A stretch of DNA of 64,000 bases. Source: Candidatus Kapaibacterium sp. GTDB taxonomy: Bacteria; Bacteroidota; Ignavibacteria; Kapaibacteriales; UBA4661. The DNA lies in contig JANYIG010000093.1 in NCBI GenBank assembly GCA_025358765.1, positions 65,355 to 129,354 on the forward strand, in the 5' to 3' direction. Shown piece by piece: positions 30,543 through 40,754 of this stretch; positions within the stretch are counted from its first letter, which is position 1; every line of letters begins with the position of its first letter. The notes under the pieces were generated by a model that worked only from the letters and a program-made list of their open reading frames with translations, did no database searches and was not told the origin of the DNA. A program made the position numbers and the translations under genes.

Positions 30543-32921
30543 ATGCAGAATAAAACACAGCAACCACCTCGTTCTCAAAGCTCTCCGCAGGGTGCTTCAA
30601 GCGGCTCTTCGCAAGGTTCACGGCAAAGTTCACGTCGTCCGCCAGCACGGTACAGCAATGTTCAGTCACGCAGACCATTTCGTCGTCCCCCTCGCCGCGA
30701 AGATACCGCGAATACCGTGCCGTCGAATGAGCAATCATTAGCGGAAAATACCGTGAAGGTAGTTCCAGAGAGTGTTGTAGGGCATACTTCGGAGAAAATC
30801 ATTCATAAACGTCAGCCCAAAACAGCTGAGGTATTGAATATTGCGGACGTTAAAATTGCAGTAAAGCATATCCAAAAAAAACGCCTTGCGGAGCGCTCTA
30901 TTACTATTTCCGTAGAACCCGCAAAAGAAGTTAATTCCAAACGCGCCATAACGTTTCCTATGCTACACGCCGCACGAGTACGGCGTTCCTTAGCAGAGCG
31001 CACCATGCGCTTAGAAGTGCAGTTTGGGGGTGAGATTGTCGGCACACCAGCGCCTTCCATTATCACAAACAAAAAAGAGCCGCTTAAACACGTTCCCGCA
31101 CCAATTCATGCTCGGGACCCTGGAAAACAAGCAAAACCGGATGAATTACTCACACTGCCAGAGCCAGCCATCACAGAAATTTTGGAAGCGCCTATTGACG
31201 CTCGTTCTGAGGGTTCAGAGCGTGGTAAGCGGGATGGACGGAATGAGCGCGGCGGACGTGAACGTAGTGGACGAACTGGGCGTGATGGGCGCATGGATAA
31301 CCGCGATGCCCGCACTCCTTTCCAAAGACGTACTCCAGAAGACGCAACAGACGTGCCGCAAGAGCGCAGCCAAGAACGGCTTGATATCATGTCACCGCCG
31401 CCGAATCCACGCCGCGAACAACGCCGCGTGATTGAAATTACGCCTCTTGAGCTACCGCCGATTTTTCAAGTCAAGACGATGCCCGCGCACCGCATTGATC
31501 CTGCTTCTATCGTTGTACTTGCATCGTTAGAGCATTTCGTCACGAGCGTCGAGGTGTTTTTGCGCGACCATGCGTTGCTTACGCATGGCGTTACGCTTGT
31601 GTGTGCAGTGAGTGGTGGTGCGGATTCGATTGTCCTGTTAGACATTCTTTCGGTTGTGGCGCAGCGCCACGAACTCACTATCGTCGTGGCACATTGCAAT
31701 CACCGTTTGCGTGGCAAAGCCTCGGCTACGGATGAATTGTTCGTTAAAGATGCCGCAAAGCGCTACGGATTTGCGTTCTACGCCGGCACAGTGGATGTTC
31801 GTGCGGTTGCCGAAGAACAACGCATGGGGATTGAAGCGGCGGCGCGGCAAGTGCGGTATCAGTTTTTGGAATTTGTGGCGTATAAAGCAAAGGCGGATGC
31901 CGTCGCAACCGCACATATTCTGAATGATTCCGTAGAAACATTTTTGATGAATTTGATGCGTGGCTCAGGTTTGACAGGCTTGAGCGGTATCGGCACTACG
32001 CGACCGTTTGGGCAAATGTCCTCGCTTGTCAGACCGTTATTAGGCTTTAAGAAAGATGATGTGATGATGTATTGCAACGAGCGTGGTTTAGTGTGGCGCG
32101 AAGACGAGACAAATAGTTTGTTGCTATACACGCGCAATAAAGTTCGCCACGACCTCATTCCGAAGCTCGAAAGCGAGTATTCTCCGGCTATTATGGACGT
32201 GCTGCACCGCACAAGTCAGCTTATGCGCGAGGCGGACGTTGCTATTAGCAGTATTGTCGAGCGCGTGTTGCCGTCGGTCGTCGAGGAAGTTCATAATCCG
32301 ACATGGCTTCTTTTGCGCGTGGAAGGGTTTATACCACATTCGGCATTTTTGCAAGCGGAAATCTTGCATCGCGCCCTCAATAAACACTTCAATTTACAAC
32401 CGCTCTCGCAAGACGCATTGGAGCGTATTTTGAAGCTACTCCGTTCGGAAATTGGCGCTAAAGCTGATGTTTCCAAACAATTTTACGCCGTGCGAGACCG
32501 TGATCACATCATCGTTGCACCCAAAGCACCGGTGCATAACATCAACGTTCGAGTGGAGAAAAATAATGCGTATGATTTTGGCGGGTGGAAACTTATATTG
32601 CGGGAGGTTGACCGCAAGCAGGTTCGGTTCACGGGCGACCCCGCCGTCGAGTTCGTGGACAGCGCTTTGCTGCCGTATAGGATGACGCTCCGCACGTGGC
32701 AAGCAGGCGATGTGTTCCAGCCGCTCGGTATGAAAGGCACGATGAACGTGAGTGATTTTCTTACGAACGGCAAAATTTCATTTATGAGCCGTCAAAACGT
32801 CCTTGTTTTGACCACAAGCGAAAATATTGTGTGCGTGTGCGGCTTGCGGGTAAGTGAAAAATTTCGGATTGCCGACGAAACACAAAAAGTCCTCAGAATT
32901 GAGTTCCGACCTGCGAAATAG
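30543..32921 (+). CDS. tilS: tRNA(Ile)-lysidine synthetase, with an in-frame 312-aa N-terminal Arg/Ser/Gly-rich disordered extension
   Basis: The PP-loop SGGADS (VCAVSGGADSIVLLDIL) lies about 45 aa after an internal Met at 31479. The region from residue 313 to the end is a complete TilS, about 480 aa. The upstream 312 codons are in frame with no stop and are basic and low-complexity (SRRPPARYSNVQSRRPFRRPPRRE...ERGKRDGRNERGGRERSGRTGRDGR). Confidence 0.8.
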   Translation: MQNKTQQPPRSQSSPQGASSGSSQGSRQSSRRPPARYSNVQSRRPFRRPPRREDTANTVPSNEQSLAENTVKVVPESVVGHTSEKIIHKRQPKTAEVLNIADVKIAVKHIQKKRLAERSITISVEPAKEVNSKRAITFPMLHAARVRRSLAERTMRLEVQFGGEIVGTPAPSIITNKKEPLKHVPAPIHARDPGKQAKPDELLTLPEPAITEILEAPIDARSEGSERGKRDGRNERGGRERSGRTGRDGRMDNRDARTPFQRRTPEDATDVPQERSQERLDIMSPPPNPRREQRRVIEITPLELPPIFQVKTMPAHRIDPASIVVLASLEHFVTSVEVFLRDHALLTHGVTLVCAVSGGADSIVLLDILSVVAQRHELTIVVAHCNHRLRGKASATDELFVKDAAKRYGFAFYAGTVDVRAVAEEQRMGIEAAARQVRYQFLEFVAYKAKADAVATAHILNDSVETFLMNLMRGSGLTGLSGIGTTRPFGQMSSLVRPLLGFKKDDVMMYCNERGLVWREDETNSLLLYTRNKVRHDLIPKLESEYSPAIMDVLHRTSQLMREADVAISSIVERVLPSVVEEVHNPTWLLLRVEGFIPHSAFLQAEILHRALNKHFNLQPLSQDALERILKLLRSEIGAKADVSKQFYAVRDRDHIIVAPKAPVHNINVRVEKNNAYDFGGWKLILREVDRKQVRFTGDPAVEFVDSALLPYRMTLRTWQAGDVFQPLGMKGTMNVSDFLTNGKISFMSRQNVLVLTTSENIVCVCGLRVSEKFRIADETQKVLRIEFRPAK

Positions 32922-32991
32922 CTTTTAGAATTGATGCAACAAAAAAAACACGGCAATTTTCACGACCATTGTAAACTATTGTAACGACCGC

Positions 32992-33540
32992 ATGTCTAAT
33001 ATCGTACAACTTCATGACAAACGCTTCAAACCACTCATTCCCAGCACGGAAATTCACGCTGCGGTAAAGCGGCTCGGCGAGAAAATTAACGCAGATTACA
33101 ATGATAAAAACATCGTTTTCGTCATAGTGCTAAAGGGCAGTATGATGTTTGCTGCGGATTTGATTCGAGAGATTGCCGTTCCGTGTCGGTTGGAGTTTTT
33201 GAAGGCGGAAAGTTACGGCAGCGGAACGCACTCTTCTGGCGCAGTAAAAATTAATGCCCTGACAAGCATGAATTTGAGCGGCAAAGACGTGATTATCCTC
33301 GAAGACATCGTTGACACTGGACTTACGCTCAAAAAGATTCTCGAACATCTTGCGGAACTTGCACCCGCATCTGTTACAATCGCCACACTGCTTCTCAAAC
33401 CGGATGTTTGTAAAGGGACAGTTAAAACCGAATACGTGGGATTTGAGATTTCACCTTTGTTCGTGGTCGGTTACGGATTGGATTACGACGAAATTGGGCG
33501 TAATCTTCCCGATATTTACGTCCTTACAGAAGAAGAATAA
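32992..33540 (+). CDS. hpt: Hypoxanthine-guanine phosphoribosyltransferase
   Basis: The PRPP-binding motif VIILEDIVDTGLTL is present. The length is 182 aa. The tilS-hpt-ftsH order is conserved. Confidence 0.9.
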   Translation: MSNIVQLHDKRFKPLIPSTEIHAAVKRLGEKINADYNDKNIVFVIVLKGSMMFAADLIREIAVPCRLEFLKAESYGSGTHSSGAVKINALTSMNLSGKDVIILEDIVDTGLTLKKILEHLAELAPASVTIATLLLKPDVCKGTVKTEYVGFEISPLFVVGYGLDYDEIGRNLPDIYVLTEEE

Positions 33541-33608
33541 CGCAATAATTAAAATATTTCACGCTGAATAATACAATACTTGCACCGCTATCATCAAGGA
33601 GTCCTTTA

Positions 33609-35732
33609 ATGGAAACAACAGACGAACGAAAAAACACGCAGCAACAAAACGAGCCACCAAAGCCCGACCAGAAGAAAGAACCACCGCGCAAACCGCAAAA
33701 TCGTCCGAAGCGCAACAACTTCGGGGGCTTCAAGGGCGATGACGATTCTAATTCAGGAAAAGTGATGCGGACGGCTATGATTTGGCTTGCAATCTTTGGC
33801 TTTGTGATTGTGATGTACATGCTCGTCAACAGCAGTCAGCAAGCCGAAGTCAGTGTTTCATACACAGAATACAAACAGCTGCTCGACGCAAACAAAATTG
33901 GGTCTGCAACCGTCACAAAATCGCAGTTGAACGATTTCGTGTTTCATGGAACGTTGCGCGAGGAGGTGACAATTATCAAGAATAATACGCCGATTCCAGT
34001 TTCGCGCTTTTTCACGCGCTTGGGCGTTTTGGATTCGGACGTGGAAAAAGTCTGGGCAGAAAAAAATATTACCCTCAAATACGAAGAAGGCGACAATTGG
34101 TGGAGCGGTCTTCTGTTCTCAATGCTGCCGTGGATAGCCATTGTTGCGGTGTATTTTGTGGTGATGCGCCGAATGCAAAACGGCGGCTCGAAGGGCATTT
34201 TTTCTTTCGGCAAATCACGAGCGCGGCTTGTGAACGAAAACGCTAAAAAAGTGACGTTTGAAGACGTTGCTGGCGCTGACGAAGCAAAATATGAACTTGA
34301 AGAAATTATTGAGTTTCTCCGTGACCCCGATAAATTTCAACGTTTGGGCGGAAAGATTCCGCACGGCGTATTGATGCTCGGACCTCCGGGAACCGGTAAA
34401 ACCTTGCTTGCACGCGCTGTTGCGGGCGAAGCAGATGTGCCGTTCTTCTCAATTTCGGGTGCGGACTTCGTGGAAATGTTCGTAGGCGTTGGTGCAAGCC
34501 GCGTTCGTGACCTTTTCGAGCAAGCAAAGCGCAGCGCACCGTGTATTGTGTTTATTGACGAGATTGATGCTGTCGGTCGTCATCGTGGTGCGGGCTTGGG
34601 CGGCGGACACGACGAACGTGAACAAACATTGAACCAGCTTCTGGTTGAGATGGATGGTTTCGAGCAAAATAATGGTATCATTATTGTTGCTGCCACGAAT
34701 CGCGCTGATGTTCTTGACCCTGCTCTGCTCCGTCCCGGACGCTTTGATCGTCAAGTTGTGGTGGACAGACCAGATGTGAAGGGGCGCGAAGGGATTTTGA
34801 AGGTTCATGTACGGAACGTGCCGATTGCCGCCGATGTTGATTTGGCTGTGATTGCACGTGGTACGCCGGGTTTGTCGGGTGCGGACTTAGCAAACCTTAT
34901 CAATGAGGCAGCACTTTTCGCCGCGCGTCGCAGTGCCGATGCGGTAACGATGGGCGACATCGAAAGCGCAAAAGACAAAATTTTGATGGGCGTGGAGCGC
35001 AAAAGTATGGTTATCTCCGAGAAAGAAAAAGAAGTAACGGCGTACCACGAAATGGGACACGCGCTTGCCGGAAAACTGCTCCCAAACAGCGATCCTGTTC
35101 ACAAAGTGACGATTATCCCTCGTGGTCGTGCGCTTGGCGTTACGTCGTATCTGCCGAGCGAAGAAGCACATTCGTATTCACGGGATTATATCGAAACACG
35201 GCTTATTACCTTGCTTGCAGGACGTGCTGCGGAAATTATTGTGTTCAATCAGCTTACAACTGGTGCGAGTAACGACATTGAGCGAACCACTGCACTTGCT
35301 CGCAAGATGGTTTGTGAGTGGGGTATGAGCGACAAACTCGGTCCGCTCAACTTTGCAAGCAAAGACGAAGAGGTCTTTCTTGCTCGTGATATGTCGCATC
35401 CCCGCACGTTTGGCGAAGATACGGCTAAAGTCATTGATGAAGAAATTCGCCGCATTGTGACCGATGCAATGAGCAAAGCAGAACGACTTTTGCGCGACAA
35501 CCTCGACATGCTGCATAAAACCTCGAAAATCTTGCTTGAGCGTGAAGTACTTGATGCCGAAGAACTCGACATGATTTTGCGCGGTGAAGAGCTTCGTCCA
35601 ATGCCGCCGTCATTACGTCGTAATACAGGATTGAGTGCGCCGACAGTTTCGCCAGCCGCACCAATCATTGAGCCGAAGGCTACGAACGATGTAAGTGACA
35701 ATAACGCTCCGGCTGCTTCGTCCGAAGCATAA
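33609..35732 (+). CDS. ftsH: ATP-dependent zinc metalloprotease FtsH
   Basis: Walker A is GPPGTGKT. The second region of homology is [19 protein letters not shown]. The zinc motif HEMGHAL is present. There is a basic N-terminal extension and two TM segments. Confidence 0.95.
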   Translation: METTDERKNTQQQNEPPKPDQKKEPPRKPQNRPKRNNFGGFKGDDDSNSGKVMRTAMIWLAIFGFVIVMYMLVNSSQQAEVSVSYTEYKQLLDANKIGSATVTKSQLNDFVFHGTLREEVTIIKNNTPIPVSRFFTRLGVLDSDVEKVWAEKNITLKYEEGDNWWSGLLFSMLPWIAIVAVYFVVMRRMQNGGSKGIFSFGKSRARLVNENAKKVTFEDVAGADEAKYELEEIIEFLRDPDKFQRLGGKIPHGVLMLGPPGTGKTLLARAVAGEADVPFFSISGADFVEMFVGVGASRVRDLFEQAKRSAPCIVFIDEIDAVGRHRGAGLGGGHDEREQTLNQLLVEMDGFEQNNGIIIVAATNRADVLDPALLRPGRFDRQVVVDRPDVKGREGILKVHVRNVPIAADVDLAVIARGTPGLSGADLANLINEAALFAARRSADAVTMGDIESAKDKILMGVERKSMVISEKEKEVTAYHEMGHALAGKLLPNSDPVHKVTIIPRGRALGVTSYLPSEEAHSYSRDYIETRLITLLAGRAAEIIVFNQLTTGASNDIERTTALARKMVCEWGMSDKLGPLNFASKDEEVFLARDMSHPRTFGEDTAKVIDEEIRRIVTDAMSKAERLLRDNLDMLHKTSKILLEREVLDAEELDMILRGEELRPMPPSLRRNTGLSAPTVSPAAPIIEPKATNDVSDNNAPAASSEA

Positions 35733-35761
35733 ATACAGGCGTAATAAGCACTTAAAAAAAA

Positions 35762-35792
35762 CCGCATACGTCTTTTGTATGCGGTTTTTTTA
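35762..35792 (+). terminator. Rho-independent terminator after ftsH
   Basis: The perfect stem is ccgcatacgtcttttgtatgcgg, followed by ttttttta. Confidence 0.8.
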
Positions 35793-35870
35793 TTGCCGAA
35801 AAAATACGAACGTTTTGTATTTTTGAAACATTCATTCACACTTCATTCCACGTTAATCCGATACTGAATT

Positions 35871-36650
35871 ATGACCACGTATGAACATATTCTCGTTTCT
35901 TGCCCTGCTGAGGGTGTTGTTTCTATCCAACTCAACCGTCCGAAAGCCTTAAATGCGTTGAACTTTGCTATGATGGGCGAGGTAGTTTCGGCGCTTGAAT
36001 ACTACGACAAACAGGAAGGGACACGCTGCTTTTTATTACATGGCGACGAAAAAGCCTTTGCGGCGGGAGCCGACATTAAAGAAATGGCAAATGCTACGGC
36101 TATTGAGATGATGCAAAATGGTCACATCACACGCTGGGAAGATATTCACAATATCAAAAAGCCAATTATTGCTGCGGTAAGCGGATTTGCGCTTGGCGGC
36201 GGCTGTGAATTGATGATGCTCTGCGATATGGTTATTGCCAGCGAAAACGCACGGTTTGGGCAGCCAGAAATTAAAATTGGCGTTATCCCGGGTGCAGGTG
36301 GTACGCAGCGTTTGACAAAAGCCATCGGCAAAGCGCGTTCGATGGAACTCGTGCTTACAGGGAAAATGTTGTCGGCGCAGGATGCGTACGAGGCAGGGCT
36401 TATCACAAGGGTCGTTCCAGCAGCAGAGTGGTACACCGCTGCATTAGAATTAGCAAAAGAAGTGGCTTCGATGCCGCCGATTGCCGTTCGCGCTGCAAAA
36501 GAAGCCATACTAAAATCTTTCGACCTCACGATTGACGCGGGCTTGGAGTTCGAGCGTCGGAATTTTTACCTTCTGTTTGCCACCGAAGATATGCGCGAGG
36601 GCATGAAAGCGTTTATCGAAAAACGCAAACCGATGTGGACGGGACGGTAA
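35871..36650 (+). CDS. Enoyl-CoA hydratase/isomerase (crotonase family)
   Basis: 259 aa. The crotonase fold pattern is present (GFALGGGCELMMLCDMVIAS, FGQPEIKIGVIPGAGGTQRL). Confidence 0.85.
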   Translation: MTTYEHILVSCPAEGVVSIQLNRPKALNALNFAMMGEVVSALEYYDKQEGTRCFLLHGDEKAFAAGADIKEMANATAIEMMQNGHITRWEDIHNIKKPIIAAVSGFALGGGCELMMLCDMVIASENARFGQPEIKIGVIPGAGGTQRLTKAIGKARSMELVLTGKMLSAQDAYEAGLITRVVPAAEWYTAALELAKEVASMPPIAVRAAKEAILKSFDLTIDAGLEFERRNFYLLFATEDMREGMKAFIEKRKPMWTGR

Positions 36651-36671
36651 ATTACAAAAAATGAATTAACG

Positions 36672-36714
36672 GGATTTTCAGAGTACATCAATACTCTGAA
36701 AATTCCGTTTTTTA
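36672..36714 (+). terminator. Rho-independent terminator after the enoyl-CoA hydratase gene
   Basis: The hairpin is ggattttcagagtacatcaatactctgaaaattcc, followed by gttttttatt. Confidence 0.7.
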
Positions 36715-36851
36715 TTGTGGAGGCTGGTTCTCAGAGAAAACTTTCGTAGCTTTGTAAGCTGTTGAACAACCTTCAGCAAACCGTGAGCTGCCCGTGTATG
36801 GTTGTGTGCCACACAAAGCAGTATATTTTTCGCATTTTTCAGACATAACGA

Positions 36852-37496
36852 ATGGAACTCTTGCAATCATTGATTGACCTATTTCTACACTTAGACACGC
36901 ATCTTGGCGAGATTATCACGAATTATGGTACGTGGACGTACGCCATTCTTTTTACGATTATCTTTTGCGAAACGGGTTTAGTCGTAGCACCGTTTTTGCC
37001 CGGTGACTCGCTGCTTTTTGCGGCAGGTGCGCTGGCTGCCGCCACTGGTGCAATGGAGCCGCTCACACTCGTGATTCTGTTAGGCATAGCTGCCATTTTG
37101 GGTGATACGGTGAATTATTCTATTGGCAAAATATTTGGCAATAAAGTATTGCAGAAATTCACGTTTATCAAACGCGAGCATATTGAATACACCGAACGGT
37201 TTTACGCTAAACACGGCGGTAAAACTATTATCTTTGCCCGTTTCGCACCGATTGTCCGCACGTTTGCGCCGTTCGTGGCAGGCATCGGGGCGATGAACTA
37301 CGGGCGGTTCGTGCTGTTCAACGTTGTGTGCGGCATTGCATGGGTGACCTCATTCATTTACATCGGTTATTTTTTTGGCAATATCCCCGTTGTGAAACGC
37401 AATTTCACGCTCATCATTGTAGCAATCGTGATAATATCGGTTCTTCCCGCCGTGCTGGAGTTTGTGCGTCAGCGCTTTGGCAAAAAGTCGGCATGA
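36852..37496 (+). CDS. DedA/SNARE-associated family membrane protein
   Basis: 214 aa. The DedA pattern is present ([37 protein letters not shown]). Confidence 0.75.
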   Translation: MELLQSLIDLFLHLDTHLGEIITNYGTWTYAILFTIIFCETGLVVAPFLPGDSLLFAAGALAAATGAMEPLTLVILLGIAAILGDTVNYSIGKIFGNKVLQKFTFIKREHIEYTERFYAKHGGKTIIFARFAPIVRTFAPFVAGIGAMNYGRFVLFNVVCGIAWVTSFIYIGYFFGNIPVVKRNFTLIIVAIVIISVLPAVLEFVRQRFGKKSA

Positions 37497-37566
37497 GATG
37501 AATACTCCCGCTTGCACTGACTAATTAAATTCATGAATTCATACAAAGACAATTGGAGTTGTTAAA

Positions 37567-38040
37567 ATGAAAAATAAATCGGCAAAAATTTCATCAATTT
37601 TAGTAGGTGTTTCAGGAGAATACTTTGTTGCAGCAGAACTGTCAAGAAGAGGCTATATCTCTTCTGTAACTTTAAAAAACACTAAAGGAATTGATATTTT
37701 GGTTGCTAATGAATCTGCAACAAAGACGATTGGAATTCAAGTAAAAACAAACCAAAAAAACGAAAAAAAATGGATACTTAACAAAAAGGCAGAAGATTTG
37801 TGTAGTGATAATTTATTTTACGTCTTTGTTAACTTAATTGGCGTTGAGCAATTACCAGAGTACTACATATTTTCAAGTAAGAACGTAGCTGCTACTGTGA
37901 AAGCAGAGCATCAAAATTGGCTTAAAACTGGAGGTAAGAACGGACAGCCACGTAAAGATCAATCAATTAGAATGTTCCAAGTCGACGATAAAACACATCC
38001 AAACGGGTGGAATATATTAGAGGATATATTAAAACTGTAA
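37567..38040 (+). CDS. Low-GC (about 33%) horizontally acquired gene encoding a PD-(D/E)XK nuclease-fold protein (Hjc/YraN-like, restriction-endonuclease-like) of unknown function
   Basis: The motif order is E18/E24 (GEYFVAAELSRRGY), D43 (KGIDILVAN) and Q58-x-K60 (IGIQVKT), followed by the hydrophobic strand FYVFVNL. A GGAG Shine-Dalgarno sequence lies 9 nt upstream. The composition contrasts sharply with the flanking genes, which are about 50-55% GC. Confidence 0.6.
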   Translation: MKNKSAKISSILVGVSGEYFVAAELSRRGYISSVTLKNTKGIDILVANESATKTIGIQVKTNQKNEKKWILNKKAEDLCSDNLFYVFVNLIGVEQLPEYYIFSSKNVAATVKAEHQNWLKTGGKNGQPRKDQSIRMFQVDDKTHPNGWNILEDILKL

Positions 38041-38093
38041 TATGTTAAGCGCACAAACTTAGCACGTAGCACGTAATACTCTACCATTCACTT

Positions 38094-39566
38094 TTGACCT
38101 CCATGTTCGATTTACCCGTTCTGAACATCACTGAAACCGCACTCCACGACAACGAGCAGGGTTCGCCTGTATTTGATATGCTGGATATGCCCAATGCACC
38201 TATTACGCGTGCCACCCGAAAACTTTACGTGGAAACCTATGGCTGCGCCATGAACGTGAGCGATTCGGAAATTGTGATGGGCGTGATGCACAAAAGCGGC
38301 TATGTCATGACGGATAAACCGGACGATGCGGACGTGATTTTGCTCAACACGTGCGCCATCCGCGACGGTGCCGAACGCAAGATTCATGAGCGCCTGAAGC
38401 ATCTCAAGTTTTACAAACGGAAGCGCCGCGACCTCGTTATCGGCATTTTGGGCTGTATGGCAGAGCGGATGCGGGATGAACTTATCACAGAAAAACAAAT
38501 CGTGGATTTGGTGGTCGGTCCCGACGAGTACCGCGCCTTACCGCAGCTTATTGCAAAAGCATACGAGGGCGAAAAAGGCATTGCCGTGAAACTGAGCCGC
38601 GTGGAAACCTACGACGATATCGTGCCGCTCCGCACAGAAGGCATCAGTGCATGGATTTCTGTTTCGCGCGGTTGCGATAAGTTTTGTACGTTTTGCGTCG
38701 TGCCGTTCACACGTGGGCGTGAGCGTTCACGGTCGTTGCAGCTTATTGTAGATGAAGCAAAACAGTTGTGGGATAGCGGTTTTAAGGAAATCACGCTGCT
38801 TGGACAAAACGTGAATAGTTATCACGACGACGCGAGTAATCAAGATTTTGCCGACTTGCTTGCCCGTACAGCTCGCGCCGTACCACAAATGCGGATTCGC
38901 TACTCAACCTCGCACCCCTACGATATGAGCGACAAGCTCATCGAAACAATGGCGGAGCACGATAACGTTTGCAAATATGTCCACCTGCCCGTGCAATCTG
39001 GTTCTGACCGCGTGTTGGAGGCAATGAATCGCCATTACACCATTGCTCATTACATCGAACGCATGCAAAAAATCAAAGACGTGATGCCGCAATGTGCGCT
39101 TTCAACCGACATTATTGTTGGCTTCCCGACCGAAACCGAAGAGGAGCATCAAATGACGATGGCATTGATGCAGGAAGTACGCTACGACGGCGCGTTTATG
39201 TTCAAATATTCACCACGTGAAAAAACAAAAGCGTGGAAAATGGGTGATGATGTGTCGGAAGAAGTGAAAACACGACGTTTGAGTGAAATCATTGAGCAAC
39301 AGCACCAAATTTCTCACGAAATAAACCAAACCACGATTGGCACAATCGAACGGGTGTTGGTCGAAGGTCTCAGCCGTCGTGATTCTACGGCATGGCAAGG
39401 GCGCACGGACAGTAACAAACGAACGATGTTCACCCACATCACGAATGCAGGCGAACTGAATGCCGAAGGCAAGACTGCAGGCTACGTTGTGGGCGACACG
39501 GTGACGGTTCGTATTCAACGCGCAACGTCTGCGACGCTTATCGGGGAAATCGTTCTCAATTCTTGA
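38094..39566 (+). CDS. miaB: tRNA-2-methylthio-N6-isopentenyladenosine synthase (MiaB-like radical-SAM methylthiotransferase)
   Basis: The MTTase N-terminal domain is YVETYGCAMNVSDSE. The radical-SAM motif is CDKFCTFC. A C-terminal TRAM-like region is present. MiaB versus RimO/MtaB cannot be fully resolved. Confidence 0.8.
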   Translation: MTSMFDLPVLNITETALHDNEQGSPVFDMLDMPNAPITRATRKLYVETYGCAMNVSDSEIVMGVMHKSGYVMTDKPDDADVILLNTCAIRDGAERKIHERLKHLKFYKRKRRDLVIGILGCMAERMRDELITEKQIVDLVVGPDEYRALPQLIAKAYEGEKGIAVKLSRVETYDDIVPLRTEGISAWISVSRGCDKFCTFCVVPFTRGRERSRSLQLIVDEAKQLWDSGFKEITLLGQNVNSYHDDASNQDFADLLARTARAVPQMRIRYSTSHPYDMSDKLIETMAEHDNVCKYVHLPVQSGSDRVLEAMNRHYTIAHYIERMQKIKDVMPQCALSTDIIVGFPTETEEEHQMTMALMQEVRYDGAFMFKYSPREKTKAWKMGDDVSEEVKTRRLSEIIEQQHQISHEINQTTIGTIERVLVEGLSRRDSTAWQGRTDSNKRTMFTHITNAGELNAEGKTAGYVVGDTVTVRIQRATSATLIGEIVLNS

Positions 39567-39611
39567 ACACCACATAAACTTTACGCATAAAATCTTACAT
39601 CTATTTTTCTC

Positions 39612-40748
39612 ATGCAAAACACAACAGACAATAACGGACAGCATCATTACGACCCGCCCCACGATTACGGACAAGCAGAACAATTTGATGGCGAGGCTTC
39701 GCAACCGATAGAATCAAGCATAGACGAGTCTTTTGCGAACGCTCAATTAGGGCAGCAGCCATTTACAGAACTTCCCCGCGAGGAGCAATGTGCGGCGGTC
39801 GAGGCGCTTATTTTCGCTTCTGAAGAGCCGCTCTCCACTAAGGCGCTCTACGACTTGCTTATAGCGCCATCGTTGCCACAACCACCCAAAGAAAAAAATG
39901 GCAAGCCAAGTAAGTCTGTTGTTAATAGCACGAACGGGAAAACAAATGGTACACACACAAATGGAAATGGCACTGAGCATCTTCATTCCGCAGATGAGCT
40001 TTATGATGTAACGGTGGAAGTTGCGCGGTTGGAAGTTGCACCGCCGGAAGGTTTGGCTCCACTGACTACAATAGCTGTAGAAGTGGGCGAAGATCTCTTG
40101 CCGGACGATACGAAAGAAAGCGCTTCAGCAATGCACCTCGTAGCGCAGGAAAACCCAGAGGAACAAGGTTTTCAGCACATTGAGGAATTAATTGAGGAGC
40201 TTAATAGGGATTTTGAAGCAACGGGACGAGCATTCGAGATTGTTCACGTGGCAAGCGCCGCCGGTAGCACTGGGTATCAGTTTGCTACCCGTGCGCGGCA
40301 TGGGGAATTGATAGCGCGGCTTGTGAAATCGAAATCGAAAAAGCGCCTTTCGCAGGCAGCATTAGAGACGTTAGCAATTGTCGCTTATCGTCAACCTGTT
40401 GCGAAACCTGAGCTTGAGGTTATTCGTGGTGTAAATTCTGGCGAAATCATCAATAAACTGCTCGAAAAAAACCTTGTGACGATTGTCGGACGCAGCGAAG
40501 CCATTGGTAAACCACTTTTATACGGAACAACCGATGAATTTTTGCGTCTGTTCGGCTTACAAAGCCTTGATGGGCTTCCGAAGCCGCGCGAATTGGAAGA
40601 ACTTATGGGTGATCGTGCAGACATTCTTGAGGCGTTTCAAACCGCAAACGACGCGGCCCAGATGGCGATAATGGGTACGAAAAATCCGCTCAAAAACGTT
40701 GCTGTTACTGTCGTTACAATCCCTGATAGCTCGATGGATTATGAATAA
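39612..40748 (+). CDS. scpB: Segregation and condensation protein B, with N-terminal extension and internal insertion
   Basis: The ScpB signature is AVEALIFASEEPLSTKAL. The second winged helix is ALETLAIVAYRQPVAKPELEVIRGVNSGEIINKL. The length of 378 aa is longer than usual. Confidence 0.75.
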   Translation: MQNTTDNNGQHHYDPPHDYGQAEQFDGEASQPIESSIDESFANAQLGQQPFTELPREEQCAAVEALIFASEEPLSTKALYDLLIAPSLPQPPKEKNGKPSKSVVNSTNGKTNGTHTNGNGTEHLHSADELYDVTVEVARLEVAPPEGLAPLTTIAVEVGEDLLPDDTKESASAMHLVAQENPEEQGFQHIEELIEELNRDFEATGRAFEIVHVASAAGSTGYQFATRARHGELIARLVKSKSKKRLSQAALETLAIVAYRQPVAKPELEVIRGVNSGEIINKLLEKNLVTIVGRSEAIGKPLLYGTTDEFLRLFGLQSLDGLPKPRELEELMGDRADILEAFQTANDAAQMAIMGTKNPLKNVAVTVVTIPDSSMDYE

Positions 40749-40754
40749 CAACGT

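Noticed and set aside
35249-35839. 196-aa minus-strand ORF overlapping the ftsH 3' end and terminator
   Set aside because: It is antisense to ftsH and spans a strong plus-strand terminator.
37567-38040. Possibility that the low-GC nuclease-like gene is half of a type II restriction-modification system
   Set aside because: No methyltransferase or specificity gene is adjacent. The flanks are dedA and miaB with native composition.
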